Source: the human T2T-CHM13v2.0 reference genome, Homo sapiens. From it: 64,000 bases of DNA. The stretch is taken from assembly GCF_009914755.1 (NCBI RefSeq), contig NC_060935.1, one strand, 5' to 3'. Shown piece by piece: positions 26,201 through 39,958 of this stretch. Position numbers and translations under genes: made by a program. How positions within the stretch are numbered: the stretch's first letter is position 1; each line of letters starts with the position of its first letter. Below the pieces are notes generated by a model. That model saw only the letters and a list, made by a program, of their open reading frames with translations. It ran no database searches and was not told where the DNA came from.

Positions 26201-29200
26201 AACAAGGAGCCAGGGGCACTGGAGCTCAGAGAGGGAGGAGGGGATGGGAGGGGAGGTGAGCAGTGTCCCATACGACCCAGGGCACCCCAAGCGCTGAGCG
26301 GAGGCTGAGGAGTGCAGGGGTGTTTGTAACAGGGCACCTGCTGTACAGGGAAGAGGCTCTCGGGGGCAGATAGATGCAGGGCAGGGGCTGGCAGGCAGCT
26401 GAGGGAGCAGCAGGATATGGGCGACCCAGGCCCGCCGCCCCCCCAGCCAGGTGACTCAGCTACTGCCTTAGTTCGTGTACCTCGCAGTGCCCAGGACACT
26501 CCGGTTCTTTCTGTTCTTCCCACAGTGGGCAGGCAGCAGGCCCCGCTGAGATGGTTCTGGCCCCGCTGTCCCTCAGGACAGCCCTGTTGAGCAGCAGGCT
26601 GGACAGGCCTCCTGCTGGGCCCGTGAGTCACTCCAGTCTCAGAGCCCATTTGGGGCAGGAGGGAGCTTGTGGTTTGGTTGGAGGGCTATGTGTTTGGGGA
26701 ATGGGGGGACCAGGTACGAGGAGACACGAGGACTGGGAAGGGTCAGGCCAGAGGGGCCTTTAGGACCTTCTGGGGCACGCTGGAAGCCAGACGGCAGCTG
26801 CGTTAGGAGTGGCATGGCAAGATGTTCATTTTCAAACATGGTTCTAACTGCAGCATCCTGGAGCACGGATGACTTCTCTCAGCCCTGGGCTGGACATCCA
26901 GGGACGCTCTGGACAGCCCCCTGCCCCATCGTCTTGTGAGCTAGGTGTCCCACAAAGCCAGGTCCCAGCTGACCTAGCCTCAGCCCCACCTGTGGGTTCG
27001 CTCCTGGCAGCAGGATGACCTGGGCACATGCTGTCACCTTGTGCGTCCCCTTTCAGAGCCTCAGAGTAAGGTGAGGCTTGATGAGGGCTTGTCACCGTAG
27101 AACACACAGAAGCCCAGACTTCAGCAGAGGTTCCTGGAGACGCGATTGAAAGCCAACTCCACGCCCTGCTATCTGGGCAGCCTCAGGTGTGGGCTGCGGT
27201 TGGTGGGCAGGATGCAGGTGGGCTGGGCCCTGCAGGTCCAGAGGGGCCCCAGAACAGTGGAGTTAGGGGCAGCGGCAGCTGTGAACCCAGCCCTCATTTG
27301 CATATAAGGAAATGAGGTCACCTAGCAGGTAAGCGGCAGAGAAGGGACAGAGGCTGTGGGTCCCCTGAGTCCTGTCCAGTGTCCTTTCAACAGCATCCAG
27401 ACAGACACTCCTGTAATCCATTCAACTGAAAGAGCAGGAGGAGACAAAGACAAATTAACCTGTCCCCACCTTCCTGGTCGTGGCTCCACTGATAAAAGTG
27501 TTGGATGAGCCCCGGGAAGCCAGCGTGCCCCTGCGTCTGGCAGGTCGTGGTGAGGTTGAGGGGGGCTGAGCAGGAGGGGCTGACGGCACCGTGCTAAGGG
27601 TGCTTCCAGTCAATGGTCCCGGGGGATGCCCAGGCTGTCCGGCGTGCAGAGGCCCCAGGGCTGGGGCCAGCGTGCTGGATTTCCTTCCCACTCCCGTTTC
27701 CCTCCTGGCAGTTCATTTTTGGGGAGCAGGAGAGCTGTGACTGGGGAAGGACAGCCTGCGTCTCCCCCAGCAGCCACCCACGGCCCCTGGCACAGTGGTG
27801 GGACCTGACTCCCTACCTCCTGGGGCCCTCCAGGGTCCCCCAGCCCCAGGCTTTCCTGTTGCCCACAGCAGCACAGGCCTTTGGTTTACCCGCCACCGCT
27901 CGAGGGCCTGGCTTCCTGCCACCATGCCTTGCTTGTCACCAGCCTCCTAAAATAGCCATCGAAGTGGTGCGTCTGCTCCTGTGTACTTCTGGGACATCTG
28001 GCAAATAAGGCAGGTTTTGCCCCTGCCCAGCCAGACCCTGAGCTGTGACACGCAGGCCTCTGAGGCCAGGGTACCAAAGAAAGGGCCCGTCTCTCTGGGG
28101 CTGGCCACAGGGGCCAGTTGTCCCTCCTGCGCCATACATCTGTGCCTGCTGGCTGGAGGGACAAGCTGTGGCGCCCGAGCCCAGCCGTTCCCCTTCCCTG
28201 GCATTTTCCCAAAGGAAGGGCCCATTCGTGCGGAACCCCAGCAGCCAGAAAACCTGAGTAGCTGACGTCCTGGGCGGTGGGTGCTGCAGGAGTCGGAGCT
28301 GCCCTGATGGATTGGCGGGGGCAGCAGCACAGGTGAGGTGGATATGCCAGCACCCCCCTAGACTGATGTGAGCTTAGGGGTCCCACCTCAGAAATGAGGG
28401 GTGGCCAATGCCCAGACTCTCTGGACTCAGAGGTGGCCCCACTGACTATCCTAGTCAGTGTGGCTCCAAGTCCCCTCCTTGCTCTGGCAAACGGATGCAG
28501 GTAAGTGTGTGTACAAGTTTGCCCGTGTGTGTGTGTGTGTGCGCATGTGGCTGCGGTGAAGAGGGGCGAGGAAAGTCCTTTCTTTGAACTCCTTGGTGGG
28601 GACATGGTGGCCTGTGGCTGGCCTTGTTTTTGGGTGCAAGGGCATCTTCCAGGACCCTGACCCCTACTGGATGCCTGTGCCCTGAGGCCCTGGCCAGGGC
28701 AGATTTGGAGGATCTGTTGAGGTTGGGGCAGAACTTGTGCTGCGTGTGTGAATGGCTCACACATTTGTCCGATCATCTAATGATCACTGCGGTCTCCGCG
28801 CAGGGTCCAACCCTGGACCACCTGCCCTCAGGGGCCAGATTCTAGCCAGCTGGTAAAGCAAGTCCTTCTCAGATGGCATGCTGTCTGGGAAGGAGGGCTG
28901 GGGCCTCACCAAGAAGGGCCCTTGCAGGCTGTATAGGAGTTTGCTCAGCTGCTGAGAGGAAGGCCGTGGCGGTCCGGCACAGGCCTGGAGGCCTTACAGA
29001 CGAGCTCAGTAGGAAGCCCCAACTTCCTCCTGTCTCTCCCTGAGGGGAGGGGGCTGGCTGAGCCCCCAGGAGGCAATGGTGACAGTTGGAACAGCCAGCT
29101 TCAGGTGCCTCCGTCCCCAGGAGACAAGACCTGCCGATTCCTTCCAGGGGAATCACAGGCCAAGTTTCCAGGTGGGGACTCATGGCAGGGAAGCTGACGG

Positions 29201-29865
29201 TACAGCCAGAGTCCCAGGCCTTGGTAGTGGCCCAGGAAGGTGGGAAGGTGGCAAAGCAGCCTGAGGGGCACCTCCGGGGCTTTGCAAGGCTCTGGGATCC
29301 CAGCCCAAAGCCCCCTCCAAGCCCAGCATGCCCCACACTCTAGAAAGTGGGGAGGGGCCAACAGGAGGGGGGTCGGTTTCTGAGGGCCTGCTGAATGCCA
29401 GGCCCACCCTTGCCCACGCTGGGGAGGCAGCATTGCCATCCCCATGACACAGCACAGGTGCCCAGGTCTCGGAGAGCCCCTCCCAGGGACATGCACACCA
29501 GGCTTGCCCTTTGGAGCCTCTCCTGACCTTGGCCAGCGTGGGAGCTGCTGTTCCTGGGAGGATCCGCCACCTGCCCCAGGCGCTCACCAGCCTGGCTTCC
29601 ACAGCTGCTACCCACAGGGGCTGCCGGGGCCTGCATGGCGTGGCAAGGGTCAGGGATGGTGAGCGCCCCACCCATTCCTTCATCCATCACCTAATAAATG
29701 TGCTCTGAGGGTCCCAGTCCCCACTCTTTAGGCCACAGACTGTGGGGATGTGGGAGGTCAGATTTAAGCTATTTTAGTGCAACCAAAGGTGCAGGTTGGG
29801 GGATGTGGCTGGGGCGCCTGGGCCCTGGGACCCGCACCCTGTGCAGCCGAGGCTGTTGCCCGCAG

Positions 29866-29984
29866 GATTCAGTGCCCGGCCATCCTGGCTGCCCTGGCCA
29901 CCCTCCTGGGAGCTGTCCTCAGCTTCACCTGCATCCCCGCCAGCACCAAAGGGGCCAAAACTGACGCCCAGGCTCCACTGCCAG
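29866..29984 (+). CDS. SLC22A18: SLC22A18 exon 6
   Basis: cgcag|GATTCAG...CCAG|gtaagc; IQCPAILAALATLL...AQAPLP. Confidence 0.95.
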
Positions 29985-31230
29985 GTAAGCCCCGCCAGGT
30001 ACACCCTGCCCAGATGCTGGGGCAATGGAAGGCATTGGCTAGGCCTGCGTGCTCCAGCCAAGGGGTACGGGGGGCCTGAGGGGAAATCTGGGGGCTACTC
30101 ACACCCTCCTGCCTTCCTTGAACCCTTCCCAGCTGCTGACATCATAGAAGCCAAGTGAGGTGTGGTCATGAAGAGGTGGAAGTGGGGCTCCGGCAGGCAG
30201 GGAGGCCCAGAGAGGCAGGAAGGCCCAGACAGGGAAGGCGTTAGGAGGGGAGGCCTAGACAGGGAAGGTGCTAGGAGGGGAGGCCCAGAGAGGCCTGGGG
30301 AGGACCAGGAGGGACCCCCCAATGGGGTGGGTGGGCCAGCAAGGCTCCGGAAGCTCTGAGTGTCCAGGGAGAGGCGAGGGTGCTGCCCGAGGGGCACTCA
30401 TTGGTGGAGGGCAGAGGATGGTCAGGCTGGTCCCATGAGGAGAGGCCAAGGCTCCTCAGAGGGGGTCCCCTCAAGGCTGGCCCCCTGCTGAACGCAGCCC
30501 CTTTGTGCCAGGCACGTGGCAGGGCCCATGCCTCGGTGCCTAGGGACTAAGAGCCCAGCCTGGGCCAGAGGGACCCACCTGGGACCATCCTGGGGCAGGA
30601 GGCTGTCATGGAATTAACCTAGAAAGTCCAGGGGGAGGGCCGGGTGGAGATGGGCCTGTGGCGAGCACAGCAGAGCCAGAGAGGCAGGAGCCCCTGAGAC
30701 AATAAGGAGGAAGGACTCGGTGAGCCGGGCTGGGGGCCTGTGGCTTCGCACTCAGAGGTGCCCGGTGGGCCAGGCCACGGCGGTGACTTGTGGCCACAGA
30801 GAGTGGTACAGTATTGCCATTGTCTTCCTCTGGGCTGGTGGCCTGGTCATGCTCTGCCCCAGGCCCCAGGCCAGGACCATATAGGAAGCAGCTATTGGTC
30901 CCTTGTTCAGGGACTGCCGCAGGCCTCCGCCACTGCATGCCCAGGTTGAGGCCAGTCTACCTGCGTGCAGAGGATGCTTTTCCTAAGTGCCTCTGGGGAT
31001 TCAGGGGGCCCCTAGGAATGCGTAGAAGTGTGCTGAGGGGCGGTGCCCAACCTGGCAGCTGGAAGCATCACCAGCTCCCATTCCCACAAGTGAGCGGTGC
31101 TGAAGCCAAGGAAGGAAGCTTTACCCTGGCGGGCGCAACAGGGCCCTCCGAATGGCGAGGCCTGCAGCCGGGCGAGGGGTGGGCATTGGGACAATGGCCT
31201 TTGCAGGCCTGAATGGCCTCTCCGTGCCAG

Positions 31231-31338
31231 GCGGCCCCCGGGCCAGTGTGTTCGACCTGAAGGCCATCGCCTCCCTGCTGCGGCTGCCAGACGTCCCGAG
31301 GATCTTCCTGGTGAAGGTGGCCTCCAACTGCCCCACAG
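31231..31338 (+). CDS. SLC22A18: SLC22A18 exon 7
   Basis: gtgccag|GCGGC...ACAG|gtgagt; GPRASVFDLKAIASLL...SNCPT. Confidence 0.95.
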
Positions 31339-31742
31339 GTGAGTCCCAACTACTGCCCCAACAGCGGCCAGAGCCTGGCAGAGTCCCAGCTGCGGCCAGG
31401 GCCCAGCCCTTCCTCTGGCCTGTGCCCCACAGGTCCACACAGATGTGGTAGAGCAGGCAGGAGCGGGAGGAAGGCAGAAAAGTGTCTTTCCCACCTCCTT
31501 CCAGCCCCTCTACACTGCACACCTGCAGATCCCAGGGTGGGCCCCCACGGGCAGAGGGCCTGGCTCGCAGCCATGCATCCCTGTGTGCTCCTCAGCTCTT
31601 ACCCTCATACCCTGTGGCCCCACGTCCTCTCCAGACAGCCTGAGATGCAGGGACAGCAGGTCTGAGTGTCACCACTGCCTTCTGCAGCATGCTGGCCCTG
31701 GGCCCTCTCAGCAGACCGTAGGGCGTCACGGACCACAGATAG

Positions 31743-32222
<480 letters not shown>

Positions 32223-32548
32223 TTGAGGGCTCTTATAACAGAGAGCCATGGTGGGTCTTGGGGGCCAAATCCTCCCACGTGGTCAGCCCTGGGTCCCTCC
32301 CTTCCAGCACCTTCCTGCTCACAGTCCAGAGCTTAGCAACCACACGAGAGGCACTTTCCACACCAGGGATACGGCAGAATCCCAGGGAAGGGTCTCATTG
32401 GCCCGGCTGGCATCACAGGCCCCTCCCTGAACCAGTCACCAGCCAGGGCCCAGACACCCTGATTGGCCAGGCTGCTGAGGCGGGAGGGAGGTGGGCGCCA
32501 AGGCCGGGGTGTGGGGGTACTCACCCCTGTTCCCCTGCCCCGGCTCAG

Positions 32549-32649
32549 GGCTCTTCATGGTCATGTTCTCCATCATCTCCATGGACTTCTTCCAGCTGGA
32601 GGCCGCCCAAGCTGGCTACCTCATGTCCTTCTTCGGGCTCCTCCAGATG
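32549..32649 (+). CDS. SLC22A18: SLC22A18 exon 8
   Basis: ggctcag|GGCTCTTC...CAGATG|gtgagt; [33 protein letters not shown]. Confidence 0.95.
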
Positions 32650-33050
32650 GTGAGTGGGCACACAGGGCCTGCTGGGGGGCACGGCAGGGGTCTCCAGTGG
32701 GGCAGGCCTCTGAGAGTAGAGGCTCCTCCCCGGCGGAGGCTGGGGAGCCCTTGGCCTCCCATCTGGCACATGTCAGGGTCCACAGGGAACCAGGCATACA
32801 GGCCAGGGAGGGAGAGCCAACTGCAGTGGTGGGCACGCTGTGAGGACAGTGGACTCCGGCCTCTGATGGGCAGCTGGCTGGGATCTGTGGCAGCCCACCT
32901 GCCCACCAGCTGTGTGACCAGAGCAAGTCTCCCAAACTCTCCAAATCTGTCCCATGAGGCCAAAGTGCCCACCTTGCAGGGTCCTTGGCAGATGAGATGA
33001 CCTAACGTGGCAAAGTGGTTAGACCAGCGTGGGCCCCTTTGGAGGTCCCA

Positions 33051-33137
33051 TAGGAGCAAGACGCCAGCCCTCAGAGGCCACGCTGTCATGGTAGGATAAG
33101 ACGCCAGCCCTCAGAGGCCACACTGTCATGGAAGGAT
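33051..33137. repeat. About 40-bp tandem duplication x2
   Basis: aagacgccagccctcagaggccac(g/a)ctgtcatgg occurs twice in tandem. Confidence 0.9.
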
Positions 33138-34121
33138 GCCCTGAAACCCTGGCAGCTCCGATGCGGCAGGTGTCTGTCTGCCAGCCCCCCAGAACCGCTC
33201 AGCTCCCGGGCCGGGGCGAGACACCTCCACCACCAGCTCCTCTGGGCTTCTGGACCAGACCCTGGGTGGTGGGGACAGGTGATGATTTGCCACCACCCAG
33301 GATGGCTGCCTGACAGCCAGAGTGCGGGGCGGGGGGGTGCTATTCTGGGACCCGCCAGGGTGGGGGTGGGGGCTCTCGGCCTCTCCGGAAGCCTGTGGCA
33401 TTCCTGGCACCTCCAAGCCATCTGCTCTTCAGCCTCTGGGCCCAGGACTAGACTAGTGCTAAAATAGCTGCTCCTGGGAGGGGCTGGACCCCCACCGTGG
33501 GCAGAGAGGGCCTCTGCTTTTTGGGGCAGGAGGGGCCACCCTGGCAGGGTAAAAAGAGATAAACAGAAAAACAACAGCAACAATAATAGTAACAATCCGG
33601 GGTTGTTGCCATGGGGCCTGTTCTGAACAGGCTGCGCCCAGCTCACTGCGAGGAAGGACGCTTAGCCAGGCCCTGGCTGAAGCCTGCAGCTGGGCTGGAC
33701 ACAGCAGTCATTGGCCTGTGTTGTGGGGGACTTGGGCCTGCCATGGCTGCAGTGGGGACCCTGCCTGAGACAGACAGAGCTGGGGTGGTGACCAACACCG
33801 TCGGGGCACCCTCGCAGGAACTGGGCCTGGTGAACTGCCCAGGGACGGGGAAGGAGCAGGGTGAGGCATGGGGACCCCGACACAGGTTGAGCAGCGGGAG
33901 AGGAGGCTGAGGAGGGGAAGGAGGGGGCCCGCAGAGTAGCCCCCAGACCCCAAGTCCGGTCAGGGACAAGCTTGTTAGCTCCAGGTTCATGTCACAACCT
34001 GCAGGGCTCCTAAGTTCAAGCTTTTTTAAACTTAATGGGCAAACTGAGACGCAACACAAATAGGCTTCTGACCTTGGTGTCTGAGTCCTGGATCTGAAGT
34101 CCTTCACGGCACTCACTGTGA

Positions 34122-34496
<375 letters not shown>

Positions 34497-34778
34497 TTAA
34501 AATCCCAAAAAACCCTAAGATAAAGCAAGTGTGAAAGTAAGATTTTTAAACCATTTATGGTTCCGGTTGGAAGCAGTTTCTGTTCTGCCTGGCAGGAATT
34601 TGGGAGAGTGACTGGTCCCCTGCAGAGGTGCTGCAGGCTGGGCCTGCCCTGTGGGCAGATACTGAGCCCAGGGGCTCCTCCAGCCGGGGCCACCCCTGCA
34701 CTCCCAGGCGCGTTGGCCCAGCACGCCCTGCTTAGTGGAGGAGCTGAGATGACCAGATAGAGAGCCTCGCCCTGGCCT

Positions 34779-34993
34779 GGGAGCAGCCTGCGGCCAAGCC
34801 TGTCCCACCGAATCCATCCCCGGGAGCAGCCTGCGGCCGAGCCTGTCCCACCGAGCCCATCCCCGGGAGCAGCCTGCGGCCGAGCCTGTCCCACCGAGCC
34901 CATCCCCGGGAGCAGCCTGCGGCCGAGCCTGTCCCACCGAGCCCATCCCCGGGAGCAGCCTGCGGCCGAGCCTGTCCCACCGAGCCCATCCCC
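34779..34993. repeat. 43-bp VNTR x5 in SLC22A18 intron 8
   Basis: gggagcagcctgcggccgagcctgtcccaccgagcccatcccc starts at 34779, 34822, 34865, 34908 and 34951. Confidence 0.97.
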
Positions 34994-35259
34994 GGTGTCC
35001 CTGGTGTGGGCCTTTCCTTCCTCCCTTGTGGAGAGGAGCCCCAACTCCTCAGGGATCTCAGACCCATCCTGACGCAGTCACTGCTGGCGGAGTAGGGAGA
35101 GACCCCGGGGCTTGCAGATGCTGAGGGGCCTTCTCTGCAGAGGGGCCCTGGCCACCACAGGCCAGTCTGGAGGTCCCCAGCTTTGGGGGCTGGCCACAGT
35201 CCAGACGCCCCTCCCTCGCCTCCCCCATACCCACTTCTACCCTCTCTGTCTGGCTCTAG

Positions 35260-35361
35260 GTGACCCAGGGCCTGGTCATCGGGCAGCTGAGCAGCCACTT
35301 CTCGGAGGAGGTGCTGCTCCGGGCCAGCGTGCTGGTCTTCATCGTGGTGGGCCTGGCCATG
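35260..35361 (+). CDS. SLC22A18: SLC22A18 exon 9
   Basis: ctctag|GTGACC...GCCATG|gtgagg; VTQGLVIGQLSSHFSEEVLL...GLAM. Confidence 0.95.
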
Positions 35362-35593
35362 GTGAGGGCTCCCCGCTTTGGGCCCACTCACCTGACCCTC
35401 TCACTGGGCAAGGCCACCTGGGCGGTACCATCTGTGCTTAAGCCCTTGGGGACTCCTCCAGCCCCCCACACCCACCCGGGGCCAGCTCTTCAGCAGGGAC
35501 AGCAGTCAGGGTGGGGAGGGACAGGTAAGACCCCAGAGAGGAGCCTGGTCCCGTGAGGCCCCCACTCAGCTCGGCCCCCGCCTGCCGTCCCAG

Positions 35594-35714
35594 GCCTGCA
35601 TGTCCAGCGTCTTCCACTTCTGCCTCCTGGTGCCCGGCCTGGTGTTCAGCCTCTGCACCCTCAACGTGGTCACCGACAGCATGCTGATCAAGGCTGTCTC
35701 CACCTCGGACACAG
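35594..35714 (+). CDS. SLC22A18: SLC22A18 exon 10
   Basis: tcccag|GCCTGCATG...ACAG|gtgagt; ACMSSVFHFCLLVPG...STSDT. Confidence 0.95.
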
Positions 35715-36419
35715 GTGAGTGTGGCCAGCGAGTGGAGCAGCCTCCTCCAGGAAGCCCTAGGAGCTACCCGGTGGGGATGGGGTGGGCAGCCTAGGGTCTG
35801 TGTGGGGTGGGTAGGGTGGGGGGCCTGGGGTCTGTGTGGAGTGTGTGGGGTGGGTGGGGTGGGGGCTTGGGGTCTGTGTGGGATGAGTAAGGTGGGGAGC
35901 CTGGGTCTTGCATGAGACTCCTGCCCTACCACCTAGCCCAGCTGGGGGCAGGCCAGGGGCCTGGGAGGGGGCTGCCCGCAGGTGGCAGTTGGCTTGGCCC
36001 TGAGAAGCACCTGAGGACTTTGCCTGCCAGGCCTGGAGGCCCCGGGGACTTCTGGGCCCTCCCCCAGCACGGGGAGTGGGGCACACAAGTGCTCAGGAGC
36101 TTCCTGAATGAATGAGGGAGTGAATGAATGCATACCAGTAATTAAATCCAGGAATCCCCTAGGCCACTGCAGGGGACACAGGTCCCCTAGACATAGATTC
36201 CCCCAGTCCCCACTTCCGACCCAGCTTTCTTTCTTGAGGCCTAAGAGAGCCGCTCATGCAGACTGGGGGTGTCCTGGGCCCGATGTTATCCAGGCTCCTG
36301 CCCCACCCCAGGCACAGTGTGGGTACACACTGGCCAGTGCAGGGGGCTCCTGTGGGCTGGTTGAGGTCAAAGGACTCAGGAGTCCTTTGGAGTACTGGAG
36401 ATTCTTCCAGGCCTCCCCA

Positions 36420-36611
36420 GCAGCAGATCCAGAAAGCTCAGGGCACACATCTGACACTCCATCCACCTGCCTGTCTGGGAGGCAGCAGATCCAGAAACTC
36501 AGGGCACACATCTGACACTCCATCCACCTGCCTGTCTGGGAGGCAGCAGATCCAGAAACTCAGGGCACACATCTGACACTCCATCCACCTGCCTGTCTGG
36601 GAGGCAGCAGA
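36420..36611. repeat. 61-bp tandem repeat x3
   Basis: gcagcagatccagaaactcagggcacacatctgacactccatccacctgcctgtctgggag repeated. Confidence 0.95.
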
Positions 36612-38106
36612 CCAAGGTCTAGAGGCCCGGATGTGGCCGGGCTGCAAAGGGCAGGCCTATTCTCAGGGCTGCCTGGGAACCTCCAAGGCCTTCGGGGACT
36701 GTGACTCCATGGTGCATGGGCTGATGCAGGCTGAGCCAGGAGGGCTTCCTGGAGGAGGTTGGGCAGCACTTTGGAGAGGCCAGGAGGATGGCACAGGAGA
36801 GGAAGGCCTGGGGAGATGAGGACCCGGCCTGGCTGGGAAGAGGCCCCTGGAGGCTGAGGGAGACCAGGCCCAGGCCATTGGGCCACGTCATGCGCAGACA
36901 CCACCCCTGGCCTGGTAGGAGCCAGCATCTGGTTCCCAGCAGCAGCTTGGAAACCCAGCGACAGAAGGGGCAGGAACTGCACCCTGAGTCTGCAGAAGAG
37001 GCTGCTCTTAATGGTCCTCCATGCTGGGCCCTGAGCCCAGGTGGGGCCTGGCCAGCTCCTCATCACAGCTGACCAGCCCTGGGAGTTCCAACTCCAGGAG
37101 ACCTGGGCTCTGAAGTCCCTGGAGCCAGAGACCCTCTGGGCACGGGACCAGAGGCAGTGTCCTCCCACCTGGAGTCCTGGGGGGTCCTCCCGCTTGGCGA
37201 GTGCTGCCCCCCTTGTTGCCCGAGTGTTGACAACAGCCACAGATAGTGCCCACGTGCCCGTCCATGCTGCGGGTAGCTGGCCACAGGGGCGTGGAGATGC
37301 GGTGTCAGGGACAGAGCAGGCTGCTGCGCAGGTCGGGGCTGTCTGGGGAGCCTCGGAAGCCGCTCGGTCTTGCTCTGGGGACAGGAGGGGCAGGTGGAGG
37401 GGCCCTGCATGGGCTTCCAAAGCCCCTCCCAGCCCTGTGAGGGGGAGTTCCATGGAGTAGTAGGAGCTCCGCAGGGTGGGGCGGCTGGAGGAAGGGCTGA
37501 TGGCCAGGAGGGGCCGTGGGATGGGGGTGTCATGCCCACTCTGAACTCAAGCCCCAACGGTGTCTCACAGGCCAGGCTTAGCCTCCCCACTGCATCACCA
37601 GCCCTCGGTGGTGGCAGGCACCCTGGGAAAGAGCCGTGAGAGCCAGCTCCCTGACAGCCTGGGCGGGAGGTTCCGGGCCCCAGGCACAGATGCCATCTCC
37701 CTTGGCAGGCCTGGCAGGGCGGGGCCTTCTGCGGTGACCTGTGGTCCCATTCCCAGGCTCCTCCTGTGCTTGGAAACTTTCTGGAGCAGGGAAGAGACTC
37801 AGCCCAATGCCCTGGGAAGCACCCTGCATGGCTGAGAGGTCCTCGGGGAACAGACCAGTGGGTAGAGAGAGCTGTGTTTGCTCCAAAGGCTGGGCGGGTG
37901 GCAGGGGGTGGGGGACTGGAGGTTAGAAGCTGGCAGGTGGAAAGGATGGGTGTTCAGGGGAGTATTTCACCAGACTATGCAAGGTGCGGACTGCGCCGTG
38001 AGGTCAGGGTGGGTCAGGAGAGATGGGAGGCCATGGCTGTGTTCAGGAAGTGGGCAGTTGGCCCAGGGAGCTGCCCAGGGCCTGACTACCCCCATGCACC
38101 CCCCAG

Positions 38107-38294
38107 GGACCATGCTGGGCCTCTGCGCCTCTGTACAACCACTGCTCCGAACTCTGGGACCCACGGTCGGCGGCCTCCTGTACCGCAGCTTTGGCGTCCC
38201 CGTCTTCGGCCACGTGCAGGTTGCTATCAATACCCTTGTCCTCCTGGTCCTCTGGAGGAAACCTATGCCCCAGAGGAAGGACAAAGTCCGGTGA
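38107..38294 (+). CDS. SLC22A18: SLC22A18 last exon (11), ends ...PQRKDKVR*; protein total 424 aa
   Basis: ccccag|GGACCATG..., TGA at 38292-38294. Phases of all 10 coding exons concatenate to 424 aa. Confidence 0.95.
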
Positions 38295-38317
38295 CCGCTG
38301 CCCAGACACAGACTGGC

Positions 38318-38323
38318 AATAAA
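38318..38323 (+). terminator. SLC22A18: SLC22A18 polyadenylation signal AATAAA
   Basis: AATAAA 23 nt after the stop codon. Confidence 0.85.
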
Positions 38324-38658
38324 CTCCTACTAAATCCCTCCGACCTCTTCCGGCCTGGTTTCTGCAGGCTCACGCATGGTCTGCCTGCGTCCTTCAGTGA
38401 GGGATGGGGCCTCGGGCTGGAGGGCTTCCTCAAGGAGGGCGCCTACAGCTGGGCAAAGCTCTGGGGAGGACAGAACCACCCAAATTGGTTCACTGTTATT
38501 AGTACAGCCCTGAGTCCGCCCATGGAGGAGGTCCCCCTGCTGCCACACAAACAGCTCTTGCTCACATCCCAAGCAATGGCGAGCTCACTGCCCAACTCCC
38601 GCCCACAGTGTGCCTGCCCAAGAGCAGAAACAGGTTGCTTTAAAAGATCAGGGAACCT

Positions 38659-39000
<342 letters not shown>

Positions 39001-39063
39001 TCATTCTGCTGAACAGTCCAGCACACAGACCCAAACCCTGGTCGCAGAACTGTACCAAGGAGG

Positions 39064-39592
39064 CTGCCAGCCACCCGAACCCCAGAACCGCACCAGACAC
39101 TGCCAGCCACCCGAACCCCAGAACCGCACCAGACACTGCCAGCCACCCGAACCCCAGAACCGCACCAGACACTGCCAGCCACCCGAACCCCAGAACCGCA
39201 CCAGACAGTGCCAGCCACCCGAACCCCAGAACCGCACCAGACACTGCCAGCCACCCGAACCCCAGAACCGCACCAGACAGTGCCAGCCACCCGAACCCCA
39301 GAACCGCACCAGACACTGCCAGCCACCCGAACCCCAGAACCGCACCAGACACTGCCAGCCACCCGAACCCCAGAACCGCACCAGACACTGCCAGCCACCC
39401 GAACCCCAGAACCGTACCAGACACTGCCAGCCACCCGAACCCCAGAACCGTACCAGACACTGCCAGCCACCCGAACCCCAGAACCGTACCAGACACTGCC
39501 AGCCACCCGAATCCCAGAACTGCACCAGACACTGCCAGCCACCCGAACCCCAGAACCGCACCAGACACTGCCAGCCACATGAACCCCAGAAC
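39064..39592. repeat. 36-bp VNTR, about 14.7 copies
   Basis: ctgccagccacccgaaccccagaaccgcaccagaca in tandem; translates as (ASHPNPRTAPDT)n. Confidence 0.97.
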
Positions 39593-39634
39593 TCCTCTGG
39601 TGTCCCCTTATCTCAGCCTCTTCATCCTACAGCT

Positions 39635-39958
39635 CAGTGGCCCCCAACATTTTCCGCACCAGGGACCAGTTTTATGGAAGGCAATTTTTCCACGGATGTG
39701 GGTGGGCCAGATGAAACTGTTTCACCCCAGATCATCTGGTATTAGATTCTCATGGGGAGTGCTCAACCTTGATCCCTCTTGTGCACAGTTCACAACAAGG
39801 TTCTCGTCCCTGTGAGAATCTACTGCTGCCGCTGATCTGGCGAGAGGTGGAATTCAGGCGGTCATGCTTGCCCCGCTGCTCACCTCCTGCTGTGCGGCCC
39901 AGCTACTAACAGGCTATGGACCAGTACCCATCCATGGCCTGGGAACTGGGGGTCCCTT
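39635..39958. mobile_element. MER1B-like hAT-Charlie DNA transposon
   Basis: cagtggcccccaac...caccagggaccagttttatggaag...gatcatc..attagattctcat...gggggtccc resembles MER1 as recalled. Confidence 0.75.
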
